Shown here: piece after piece, positions 12,346 to 20,401 of the stretch
Numbering within the stretch: position 1 is the stretch's first letter
Layout of the letters: every line of letters begins with the position of its first letter
Assembly (NCBI GenBank): GCA_965222265.1
Contig: CBDCTP010000003.1
Coordinates: 2,246,280 to 2,310,279, forward strand
Reading direction: 5' to 3'
DNA from: Vicinamibacterales bacterium
Lineage (GTDB): Bacteria > Acidobacteriota > Vicinamibacteria > Vicinamibacterales > UBA8438
Length of the DNA stretch: 64,000 bases
The notes under the pieces: generated by a model
The model's input: only the letters and a program-made list of their open reading frames with translations
Database searches by the model: none
What the model was told of the DNA's origin: nothing
Translations under genes and position numbers: made by a program

Positions 12346-13341
12346 TCAGGGCTGCGCCGGGTCCCAGGCGCCGCGCTCGCGGTAGTAGCTGACCGCGCCG
12401 TCGTGGAACGGCACCGGCGAGCCGGCGACGGCGGTCTCGAGCGCCAGCACGCCCGCCATGGGATGGACGGCCGACAGCTCGTCGTGGGAATCGAACAGCG
12501 CGGCGGTGATCCCGCGCGCCAGCTCCGCGTCCATCGCCTCGCTGGCCACCAGCACGTTCGAGACGGCAATCGTCGCGACGTCCGCGTCCATGCCCGGGTA
12601 GGTCCGCAGCGGGATGACCGACTCGTGGTAGACGGCCGCGCCGTAGCGCGCCTGCAGGAGCGGCAGCAGGCCGCCGTTCGGAACCACGCGGATGGTGCGG
12701 CCGGGCGTGGAGGCCAGGTCGAGCACCGAGCCGGTCGGGATGCCGCCGCTCCAGAAGAAGGCGTCGATCTTGCCGTCGCGCAGCGCGCCCACCGACTGCG
12801 AGGCGCCCAGGCTCTGGCGCCGGATGTCCTGCTCGGGGTCGACGCCCGCCGCCTCGAGGATGCGGAACGCGCTGATCTCGGTGCCGCTGCCGGGGGCGCC
12901 GGTGGAGACGATGCGGCCCACCAGGTCGGGCACCGCGCGGATGCCCGTGCGCGTCAGCGTCACGACGTGGTTGTGGTTGTCGTAGAGGACCGCGATGGCC
13001 CGTGCCGGGACGGCGCCGAACTCGCTGAACGCCCCCCGCCCGTGGAAGGCGTCGTCGAGCGAGTCGGCCAGGGCGAACCCGAGATCGGCCGAGTGGCTGG
13101 CGATGAACTTGAGGTTGTCGACGGTGCCGGCCGTGACCTCGGCAGTCGCCTCGACGCCCTCGAGGTTGTCGCTGATGACCTTGGCGATGCCGCCGCCGTA
13201 CGGGTAGTAGACGCCGCCCGTGCCGCCGGTGGCGATCGAGAGGCGTTGGGTGAGCTCGCCGGGCTGCGTGCAGCCGATCAGGAGCGCCGCCGCCAGCGCG
13301 CCGCCCAGCGCCGAACCTGCGAGCCGGAAGGTATTGGTCAC
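12346..13341 (-). CDS. TAXI-family TRAP transporter solute-binding lipoprotein
   Basis: GTG start, lipobox LLIGC, and GGTGGVYYPYGGGIAKVISDNL, which is typical of TAXI receptors. Confidence 0.88.
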   Translation of the reverse strand: MTNTFRLAGSALGGALAAALLIGCTQPGELTQRLSIATGGTGGVYYPYGGGIAKVISDNLEGVEATAEVTAGTVDNLKFIASHSADLGFALADSLDDAFHGRGAFSEFGAVPARAIAVLYDNHNHVVTLTRTGIRAVPDLVGRIVSTGAPGSGTEISAFRILEAAGVDPEQDIRRQSLGASQSVGALRDGKIDAFFWSGGIPTGSVLDLASTPGRTIRVVPNGGLLPLLQARYGAAVYHESVIPLRTYPGMDADVATIAVSNVLVASEAMDAELARGITAALFDSHDELSAVHPMAGVLALETAVAGSPVPFHDGAVSYYRERGAWDPAQP

Positions 13342-13385
13342 GTGCCGATCTTACTCCCGGTTCGCGCGCATGCAACCGCGGGCTT

Positions 13386-15122
13386 ATGATGGAGCCGCGG
13401 CGATTGGAGGGCGGTGGGGTGACGACTCGACTTGGCGCCGCCCGGCTGCGGGCGGCGGCGGCGCTGGCGGCCGCGCTGGTGCTCGCGCCGGCGGCCGCCG
13501 GCGCGCAGGTCGTCGAGGCGCGGCGCGGCATGGTGTCGGCGCAGGAGCCGCACGCGGCGCGGGCCGGCCTGGAGGTGCTCGCGGCCGGCGGGTCGGCGGT
13601 GGACGCCGCGGTCGCGACGGCCTTCGCGCTGGCGGTGACCCATCCGCAGGCGGGCAACATCGGCGGCGGCGGCTTCATGGTCGTCCGCCCGCCGTCCGGC
13701 CCGCCCGCGGCCTACGACTTCCGCGAGGCCGCCCCGGCGGCGGCGAGCGCGGAGATGTTCCTGGTCGGCGGGGAGTACGACCCGGCGCGGCACCACGACA
13801 GCCACGTCGCCGTCGGGGTGCCGGGCACGGTGGGCGGCCTGCATCTCGCCTGGTCGGAGCGCGGGCGGCTGCCCTGGCGGCGCCTGCTCGAGCCGGCGAT
13901 CGCGCTGGCCCGCGACGGGTTCGCCGTGCCGGAGCACCTGGCCCGGTCGCTGGCCGGCGCGCTCCCCGCGCTGCGGCGCTACCCGGCGTCGCTGGCACAG
14001 TTCTCGCGCGGCGGCCGGCCCTACGCCGCGGGCGAGACGCTGCGGCAGCCGGACCTCGCGCGGACGCTGGAGCGGATTGCCGCCGCGGGGCCCGACGGGT
14101 TCTACCGCGGGCCGACGGCCGAGCTCATCGCGCGCGAGATGCGGGCCAACGGCGGCCTGATCACGACGGCCGACCTCGCGGCCTACCGCGCCGTCCGGCG
14201 CGAGCCCGTGCGGGGCACCTACCGCGGCCACGACATCATCTCGATGCCGCCGCCGAGCTCGGGCGGGACCGTGCTGGTCGAGATGCTCAACGTGCTCGAG
14301 GGGTTCGACCTCGCGGCCGCGGGGCACGGCACGGCGCGGACGGTGCACCTGATGGCCGAGACCATGCGGCGGGCGTACGCCGACCGGGCGCTGCACCTCG
14401 GCGACCCCGACTTCAACCCGGCGCTGCCGCTGGCGCGGCTGCTCTCGAAGGCGTACGCGGCGCGGCTGCGGCGGTCGATCGATCCGCAGCGGGCGTCGCG
14501 CTCGTCGCCCGCGTCGTTCGCCTGGCCGGCGGCGGGCGGGGAGACGACCCACCTCTCGGTGGTGGACGCCGAGCGCCTGGCCGTCGCGCTGACCTACACC
14601 CTGGAGCAGCGCTACGGGTCGAAGATCGTCGTGCCGGGCGCCGGGTTCCTGCTCAACAACGAGATGGGCGACTTCAACCCGGCGCCCGGGCTGACGACGG
14701 CGGCGGGGCTGATCGGCACGCCGCCGAACCTGGCCGCGCCGGGCAAGCGGATGCTCTCGAGCATGACGCCCACCATCGTGGCCCGCGACGGCCGGCTGCG
14801 CATGCTGACCGGCAGCCCGGGCGGGCGGACGATCATCAACACCGTGCTGCACACGATCGTCAACGTGATCGACTTCGGGATGGACGCCGACGCCGCGGTC
14901 AACGCGCCGCGCTTCCATCACCAGTGGCTGCCGGACCGGCTCGTCCACGAGCGCGGCGGCCTCGAGCCCGCGACGCGGGCGCGGCTGGCGGCGCAGGGCC
15001 ACGCGCTGGCGGAGCGCCCCCGCCAGGGCGTGGTGCAGGCGATCCTGTACGACGCGGCGGCCGATCGGCTGGCGGGCGCGCCCGACCGGCGCGTGCCCGG
15101 CAGCACCGCGCTGGGGTACTGA
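13386..15122 (+). CDS. ggt: gamma-glutamyltransferase (paralogue 2)
   Basis: 578 aa. HPQAGNIGGGGFMVV, the autoprocessing region AAGGETTHLSVVDAERLAVALTYTLEQRYGS, and SSMTPTIV. Confidence 0.9.
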   Translation: MMEPRRLEGGGVTTRLGAARLRAAAALAAALVLAPAAAGAQVVEARRGMVSAQEPHAARAGLEVLAAGGSAVDAAVATAFALAVTHPQAGNIGGGGFMVVRPPSGPPAAYDFREAAPAAASAEMFLVGGEYDPARHHDSHVAVGVPGTVGGLHLAWSERGRLPWRRLLEPAIALARDGFAVPEHLARSLAGALPALRRYPASLAQFSRGGRPYAAGETLRQPDLARTLERIAAAGPDGFYRGPTAELIAREMRANGGLITTADLAAYRAVRREPVRGTYRGHDIISMPPPSSGGTVLVEMLNVLEGFDLAAAGHGTARTVHLMAETMRRAYADRALHLGDPDFNPALPLARLLSKAYAARLRRSIDPQRASRSSPASFAWPAAGGETTHLSVVDAERLAVALTYTLEQRYGSKIVVPGAGFLLNNEMGDFNPAPGLTTAAGLIGTPPNLAAPGKRMLSSMTPTIVARDGRLRMLTGSPGGRTIINTVLHTIVNVIDFGMDADAAVNAPRFHHQWLPDRLVHERGGLEPATRARLAAQGHALAERPRQGVVQAILYDAAADRLAGAPDRRVPGSTALGY

Positions 15123-15234
15123 CGGCCGCGCGCCGAGCCGGATTCCGGCAAGCGGCCCCCTTCGCCAAGGACCTCGAGGCCGGCCGGAGCGGCGCGGCCG
15201 CCGAACGAAACGTAGACGGGAGGCGACATAAGAA

Positions 15235-15645
15235 ATGGGTGAGATTCGGGCCCGCGTGACGCTGGAGAACAGGGACGACCGGGCAGTCGTGGACCGCGGA
15301 CACGGCGTCGAGGCCGACGTCCGACGCACGAGTGTCGAGGGGATCGTCGACACCGGCGCGGTGAGCCTCGTGGTCCCGGAGGAAATCGCGAGCGAGCTGG
15401 GGCTGCGCCCGTGGGGAACGAGAACCGTCGTCTACGCGGACGAGCGGCGAGAGCAGCGGCCGGTGACCGACCTGACGATCGAGATCGGCAACCTGGCGAC
15501 GCGCACCGAGGCCATCGTGGGGCCGGCCGGGAGCCAGGTGCTGATCGGGCAGCTCGTGCTCGAAGCGCTCGACCTCATCGCCGACTGCAGAAGGGGAACG
15601 CTGGCGCCGCGCCATCCGGAAGGGCCGGTCCTGGCCCTGCGCTAG
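15235..15645 (+). CDS. retropepsin-like (clan AA) aspartic protease, small stand-alone type
   Basis: 136 aa. Active-site VDTGAVSLVVP (DTGA), C-terminal LIGQLVLEALDL. GGGAGG lies upstream of the ATG. Confidence 0.7.
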   Translation: MGEIRARVTLENRDDRAVVDRGHGVEADVRRTSVEGIVDTGAVSLVVPEEIASELGLRPWGTRTVVYADERREQRPVTDLTIEIGNLATRTEAIVGPAGSQVLIGQLVLEALDLIADCRRGTLAPRHPEGPVLALR

Positions 15646-15876
15646 ACCTTGATTCCACAGCTTCAATCCGGTTTTCTGCAGCGCCTTGGACACCCGGGCT
15701 GCCAGCAACGAGTCGGAGTCGGAGTGGCTAATGAAGACCTGCATGGACTGGACCCCTCGCTGGTCGTCCCGTTCTACTCTCCGAACGTGCTCGACGAGGC
15801 TGCGGTGCGTCAACGGCGCCGGTTCGGCGCGACGGGCTACAATGGAGGTTTTCTCGGAGCAGGGAGCAGACGCGCA

Positions 15877-16890
15877 ATGACACCAGGGAAGCTGGCCGGG
15901 ATGAAGGCGGTGTCGACCGCCGCGGGGACGATCGGCGCGGCGGCGATGGACCAGCGGGGGTCGCTCAAGAAGGCGCTGTCGAAGGCCAGCGGGGGCGAGG
16001 TCTCCGACGCCATGATGGAGGAGTTCAAGGCCGCGGTCACGGAGGTGCTGACGCCGCACGCCTCGGCGATTCTCCTCGACCCGCAGTGGGGCATCGCGCC
16101 CTCGCGCAAGCGCAGCGCCAACGCCGGCCTGCTGCTAGCCTACGAGCAGAGCGGCTACGACAACACCCGGCCCGGACGGCTCCCCGACCTGCTGAGCCAC
16201 TGGTCCGTGCGGCGCCTGAAGGAGGCCGGGGCCGACTGCGTCAAGGTGCTCCTCTACTACACGCCGTTCGACACCGCCGCCGTCAACGAGGAGAAGCACG
16301 CCTGGGTCGAGCGCATCGGCGACGAGTGCCGCACCAACGACATCCCGTTCTTCCTCGAGTTCGTCGGCTACGACCCGGCGGGCGGCGACGAGAAGGGCGC
16401 CGAGTTCGCGCGCGTCAAGCCGCGCGTGGTGGCGGCCAGCATGGCGGAGTTCACGAAGGACCGCTACGGGGTCGACGTGATGAAGGTGGAGGTGCCGGTC
16501 AACATGAAGTTCGTCGAGGGGACGAGCAGCTTCACCGGCGCGGCGGCGTACACGCGCGCGGAGGCGCTCGACCACTTCCGCGCCGCGGCGGCCGTGGCCA
16601 CCAGGCCGTTCATCTACCTGTCGGCCGGGGTGAGCAACGCCGAGTTCACCGAGTCGCTCGAGCTGGCGGCCGAGTCGGGCGTCTCGTGGGCCGGCGTGCT
16701 CTGCGGGCGCGCGACCTGGAAGGACGGCATCCCGGTCTACGCGCGGGAGGGGGTCGGCGCGTTCCGCCGCTGGCTCGAGAGCGAGGGGGTCGCGAACATC
16801 GGCAACGTCAACGAGCGGTTGACGCGGGCCCGCCCCTGGTTCGACGCGTTCGGGGCGGGCTCGGCCGAGGCGCTGCTGACGACCGCGTGA
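15877..16890 (+). CDS. class I aldolase of the tagatose-1,6-bisphosphate aldolase (LacD/YihT) family
   Basis: AMDQRGSLKKAL, ASAILLDPQWG, ADCVKVLLYYTP, FFLEFVGYD, VMKVEVPVN and FIYLSAGVS are collinear with the LacD family. The ATG at 15877 was chosen over the longer ORF start. Confidence 0.8.
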   Translation: MTPGKLAGMKAVSTAAGTIGAAAMDQRGSLKKALSKASGGEVSDAMMEEFKAAVTEVLTPHASAILLDPQWGIAPSRKRSANAGLLLAYEQSGYDNTRPGRLPDLLSHWSVRRLKEAGADCVKVLLYYTPFDTAAVNEEKHAWVERIGDECRTNDIPFFLEFVGYDPAGGDEKGAEFARVKPRVVAASMAEFTKDRYGVDVMKVEVPVNMKFVEGTSSFTGAAAYTRAEALDHFRAAAAVATRPFIYLSAGVSNAEFTESLELAAESGVSWAGVLCGRATWKDGIPVYAREGVGAFRRWLESEGVANIGNVNERLTRARPWFDAFGAGSAEALLTTA

Positions 16891-17186
16891 CGTTCCGCTA
16901 CCGCCCGCAGGTGCTCGACGAGCTCGCGACCTACGGCGTGCGCCCGACGCCGCGGACGCGCCCCGAGCTGGTGCACGAGTACGTCAACGACCTCTACCGG
17001 TTCGAGCTGCGGCGCCTGCGCGCGCGCCACGTGGGGGGCGAGATTCCCCGGCCCGCGTATTCGGCGCACGTGGTCGAGCTGCGCAAGAAGTACATCCTGG
17101 TCTCGGTGCCGCTGCGGCTGTGGACCTTCCCGGCCCACCCGGCGGTCTCGGGCGAGACCCCGCCGGGCGCCGAGGCGCCCGGCTGA
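16887..17186 (+). CDS. hypothetical protein (99 aa)
   Basis: GTG overlaps the aldolase stop (GTGA). The composition is non-repetitive and protein-like (RPELVHEYVNDLYRFELRRLRARH). No family recognised. Confidence 0.4.
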   Translation: MTFRYRPQVLDELATYGVRPTPRTRPELVHEYVNDLYRFELRRLRARHVGGEIPRPAYSAHVVELRKKYILVSVPLRLWTFPAHPAVSGETPPGAEAPG

Positions 17187-17196
17187 CAGCCCTGCC

Positions 17197-17595
17197 TCAG
17201 CGTCCGAGCCAGGCGAGCATGTTGCCGGTCGTCACGGCCGGCGTGCCGTTGCGGAAGCGGTGGCGGGACGGGGTCGTCAGCGCGCGCATCTCGGCGTGCG
17301 CGGGCGAGCCGTAGCGCGGCGGGGCGTTGCGCAGGTCGAACCCGTCGAACACCTCGAGCACCGGGGCCTCCGGCGCCAGCGCGTTGACCCGCACGTAGAA
17401 GCGCAGCCGCAGGATGTCCCCGGCGTTGTCGACGGCGGGCAGCCGGTCGAGCTGGCGCCTGATGCGGTCGAGCGAGACCGGGAGCGCCGCGGCGTCGAAC
17501 GAGGCGTCGTCCTCCGCGGCCTGCCCGGCGCCCGCCAGCGCGGGGGACGCCGGCAGCAGGACGAGCGCGATCGCCAGCGCGATGACGGCCCGCAT
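17197..17595 (-). CDS. hypothetical secreted protein
   Basis: Signal peptide MRAVIALAIALVLLPASPALAGA. The start was chosen downstream of the repeat-derived N-terminal extension. Confidence 0.45.
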   Translation of the reverse strand: MRAVIALAIALVLLPASPALAGAGQAAEDDASFDAAALPVSLDRIRRQLDRLPAVDNAGDILRLRFYVRVNALAPEAPVLEVFDGFDLRNAPPRYGSPAHAEMRALTTPSRHRFRNGTPAVTTGNMLAWLGR

Positions 17596-17648
17596 CCCCT
17601 TCAAGCTACGAGCCCGGCCGCGACTTGTCAATACCCGCGGCCCGCCGG

Positions 17649-17734
17649 CCCGCCTCGGCGGGAGCGGCGCGGGGCGCAGGGGTCCCCGCAAGCGGACGCC
17701 GGGGGTTCGGGGCGCAGCCCCGTCTGATTGAAGC
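17649..17734 (+). repeat. structured intergenic repeat, copy A1 (5'-divergent/truncated)
   Basis: cgcctcggcgggagcggcgcggggcgcaggggtccccgcaagcggacgccgggggttcggggcgcagccccgtctgattgaagc. It is identical to A2 over this span. Confidence 0.95.
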
Positions 17735-17844
17735 GCAGACTCCCCAAGGCGCGCACAGCGCGCCTCGGCGGGAGCGGCGCGGGGCGCAGGGGTCCCCGCA
17801 AGCGGACGCCGGGGGTTCGGGGCGCAGCCCCGTCTGATTGAAGC
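17735..17844 (+). repeat. structured intergenic repeat, copy A2 (full core)
   Basis: gcagactccccaaggcgcgcacagcgcgcctcggcggg...ccccgtctgattgaagc, lying 110 bp in register after A1. Confidence 0.95.
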
Positions 17845-17858
17845 TACGATCGCTTCCC

Positions 17859-18854
17859 ATGTGGCTCTTCTGGGCGCCGGGGGTGCTCGCGCTGGCGGCG
17901 GCGGTGTTCCTGCTGGCGCGCCGGCTGCACGCTGCCCGCGATCACGAGGCGCGCCTCCGGGCGCGCCTCGCGGCCGTGCTCGCCGCCCGCGCGGCCGGGC
18001 TCGCGGTCTGGAGCCCGGACGGCCGGCTGGTGGCGTGCAATCCGCGCTTCCGCGAGTTCTATCCGGACGTGCCGATCCGGCCGGGCCTGGAGCTCGAGGA
18101 TCTCGTGCGCTTCACCGTCACCCGCGGGCTGGTCCAGGTGCCGGAGGCGGAGGTCGAGGCCTGGGTGCAGGCGCGGCTGGCGGGCGCCCGCGCCGCGGCG
18201 TGCGACGTGGTGCGCACCGCCGACGGCCGCTGGCTCGAGATGCGGGTCGGTCCGTCGGACGGCGGCGAGACGCTGCTGCTGTACACCGACGTCACCGCCG
18301 CGCACGAGGCCGCCGCGGCGCTGGCCGAGCGCGACGCGCAGCTCGACGGCCGGGCGGCGGATCTCGAGCTGCTGCAGGCCGCGCTGGCGGCCGCGGGCGA
18401 GGCCGGCTCGTTCGAGGCGGCCGCGCGGCGGATCAACGAGCAGGTCTGCCGCTGGGCCGGCTGGCCGGTCGGCCACGCCTGGCGCGCGGCGGACGGCGGC
18501 GCCGCGCTGGCGCCGTGCCCCGCGGCGCTCGTGATCGACGGCGACGGCTTCGAGCCGCTGCGGGCGGCGCTGGCGACCGAGCGGCCGGCGCGGGGCGAGG
18601 GCCTCGCCGGGCGCGTGCTGCAGGCGGGGCGCGTCGTCTGGGTCGCCAACACCGAGAGCGATCCGACGTTCCCGGCCGCGCGCCGGGCGAGCATGCCCGG
18701 CATTCGCGGCGCGTGCGGGGTGCCGGTCAAGCGGGGGGAGCAGGTGGTCGCCGTGCTCGAGTTCCTCGCGCGCGAGCAGCTCGCGCCGGTGGAGGCGACG
18801 ACGCGCCTCCTCGAGAGCGTGGGCCGGGCGCTGGGGTCCGTTGACTATTACTAG
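17859..18854 (+). CDS. membrane-anchored PAS-GAF sensor protein without a recognisable output domain
   Basis: One N-terminal TM segment. PAS-like WSPDGRLVACNPRFREFY...LLLYTDVT. C-terminal GAF-like GLAGRVLQAGRVVWVANTESDP...ACGVPVKRGEQVVAVLEF. The ATG at 17859 is preferred to the TTG at 17838, which lies inside the repeat. Confidence 0.7.
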   Translation: MWLFWAPGVLALAAAVFLLARRLHAARDHEARLRARLAAVLAARAAGLAVWSPDGRLVACNPRFREFYPDVPIRPGLELEDLVRFTVTRGLVQVPEAEVEAWVQARLAGARAAACDVVRTADGRWLEMRVGPSDGGETLLLYTDVTAAHEAAAALAERDAQLDGRAADLELLQAALAAAGEAGSFEAAARRINEQVCRWAGWPVGHAWRAADGGAALAPCPAALVIDGDGFEPLRAALATERPARGEGLAGRVLQAGRVVWVANTESDPTFPAARRASMPGIRGACGVPVKRGEQVVAVLEFLAREQLAPVEATTRLLESVGRALGSVDYY

Positions 18855-19219
18855 TCCCCGGACCCGCGGACAGCGTCTGCGTGCCGCCGGATGATGTCGC
18901 ACACATCCTTCACGATGTTCCCCGAGCTGCGGACGTTGTCCCGGTCGCCCACCAGGTGCCCGCTGCTGTCCCAGACCAGGGCGTAGTGCCGCTCTTCGAA
19001 CTCGAACCACACGGTGTAGTCCGCCAGCTCCTCGCGCGCCACCGGAACCACCGTCTCGCACTCGCTGCGGCTCCCCAGGTTCATGATGTACTCGTAGCGC
19101 GTCGGGCCGTCATCTCCCAGCGCGAAGTCTGCAATCGGGGCCACGAACAGCGTCTGCGCGGACAGGTGGGGCACGAACGCCGCAACGAACACCGCGGTCA
19201 ACATCATCTTCTTCGTCAT
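18851..19219 (-). CDS. small secreted hypothetical protein
   Basis: GGGAGG lies 5 nt upstream of the ATG. Signal peptide MTKKMMLTAVFVAAFVPHLSA. G+C is lower than in the neighbouring genes. Confidence 0.5.
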   Translation of the reverse strand: MTKKMMLTAVFVAAFVPHLSAQTLFVAPIADFALGDDGPTRYEYIMNLGSRSECETVVPVAREELADYTVWFEFEERHYALVWDSSGHLVGDRDNVRSSGNIVKDVCDIIRRHADAVRGSGD

Positions 19220-19295
19220 GGCTACCTCCCTCGACGCGCTCATTCTATCCGCGCTTGCCGGGCCCGGCTCAGCCGCAGTCGGTGAGGATCAGACC

Positions 19296-19943
19296 TCAGT
19301 CGAGCCGCCGCAGCACGGCGGCGGCCAGCGCCGCGAGGGGCCGGGCGCCGTCGACGACGAGGTCGGCGTGGCGCCGCGTAGGCTCGACGTAGCGCACGAA
19401 CATCGGCTGCACGGTGGCGCGCCACTGCGCCCGCACGGCCGCGGCCGTCCGTCCGCGCTCGCGCGTGTCGCGCGCCACGCGCCGGCCGAGGCAGATCTCC
19501 GCGTCGGTGGCGACGTAGACGCGGGTCGCCAGCAGCGCCCGCACCGCCGCGTCGTACAGCGCCAGCCGCCCCTCCACGACGACCACGCGGCCGGGGACCA
19601 GGCGCTCGGTCCGGGGGCTCCGGACGTGGTGGCGGAAGTCGTAGACGGGCCGCTCGACGGACCGACCCGCGGCCAGGCGGCGGAGGTGGTCCCGCAGCAG
19701 GTCCCAATCGAGCGCCGCCGGTCCGTCGTAGTCGAGACGGCCGCGGGCGCCGGGCTCCACGCCGCCGCGGTCGACGTAGTACGCGTCCAGCGACAGCACG
19801 TCGCCGGGCGCGCCGAGGAGCGTGGCGGCCAGTTCGCGGGCCAGCGCGGTCTTGCCGGCGCCGGAGTGGCCGGCGATGCCGATCAGGTGCGGGGGAGGGG
19901 CCACCGGCAGCCCCGGGCGCGGCGGCGCGGCGGGCACGGTCAT
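19296..19943 (-). CDS. udk: uridine kinase / PRK-family nucleoside kinase
   Basis: P-loop IGIAGHSGAGKTALAREL, LSLDAYY, and PVYDFRHHVR...VVVVEGRLAL. Confidence 0.85.
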   Translation of the reverse strand: MTVPAAPPRPGLPVAPPPHLIGIAGHSGAGKTALARELAATLLGAPGDVLSLDAYYVDRGGVEPGARGRLDYDGPAALDWDLLRDHLRRLAAGRSVERPVYDFRHHVRSPRTERLVPGRVVVVEGRLALYDAAVRALLATRVYVATDAEICLGRRVARDTRERGRTAAAVRAQWRATVQPMFVRYVEPTRRHADLVVDGARPLAALAAAVLRRLD

Positions 19944-19986
19944 GGCAGCACAACGAGCTGCTCGGGACTTGCCGCCCGTACGGCGG

Positions 19987-20097
19987 TCACGCCAATCGTC
20001 CGGTCGAAGGTGACGAAGCGCCCGCGGCGCGGTGATGCTGGACGTGATCGCGATCGAGCAGGGCCAGGATGACGTTGACATCCAGCAGAGCGCGCAC
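19987..20097 (-). pseudogene. vapC: vapC (PIN-domain toxin) remnant, 36 codons
   Basis: The GTG lies 14 nt after the vapB stop. VRALLDVNVILALLDRDHVQHHRAA matches VapC N-termini and then diverges to a stop. Only about 150 nt remain before udk, too few for a PIN domain of about 130 aa. Confidence 0.45.
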
Positions 20098-20111
20098 GTC
20101 CGCTCCGGCAG

Positions 20112-20351
20112 TCAGGCGAGATCGTCGTCCCGCAACCGGTTGATCAGCTCGTTGGTCACCGGCCGGCCGCGCGCGGGAAGCGGGTGGAAGCCGTAGAATC
20201 CATCGCCCGCGGCGGCGCTGTCGGGCGCCCCCGCGGAGAGCCCCTTGCGCGCCAGCTCGGAGAGCACCGACCCGGCGCTCCTGCCGTCCCGGCGCGCGAG
20301 CTCCTTGACGGTCAACAGGATGTCGTCGTCCACATTGAGCGTGGTGCGCAA
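20112..20351 (-). CDS. vapB: type II antitoxin, VapB family
   Basis: MRTTLNVDDDILLTVKELARRDGRSAGSVLSELARKGL is the canonical VapB_antitoxin N-terminus. Confidence 0.8.
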   Translation of the reverse strand: MRTTLNVDDDILLTVKELARRDGRSAGSVLSELARKGLSAGAPDSAAAGDGFYGFHPLPARGRPVTNELINRLRDDDLA

Positions 20352-20401
20352 GCATCGGATGCTAGCACGTCACAGCGATCCATAGCGGGGGAGCAGTCCC
20401 G

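Noticed and set aside
17606-17860. Short ORFs translating the repeat, with peptides such as APRRERRGAQGSPQADAGGSGRSPV or GLRPEPPASACGDP. Examples: 17606..17860 -, 17625..17837 +, 33470..33691 +, 30936..31154 - and 61168..61530 +.
   Set aside because: The same nucleotide element occurs in both orientations and in different frames relative to these ORFs, and always between bona fide genes. Conservation is at the DNA and structure level, not in a consistent reading frame.
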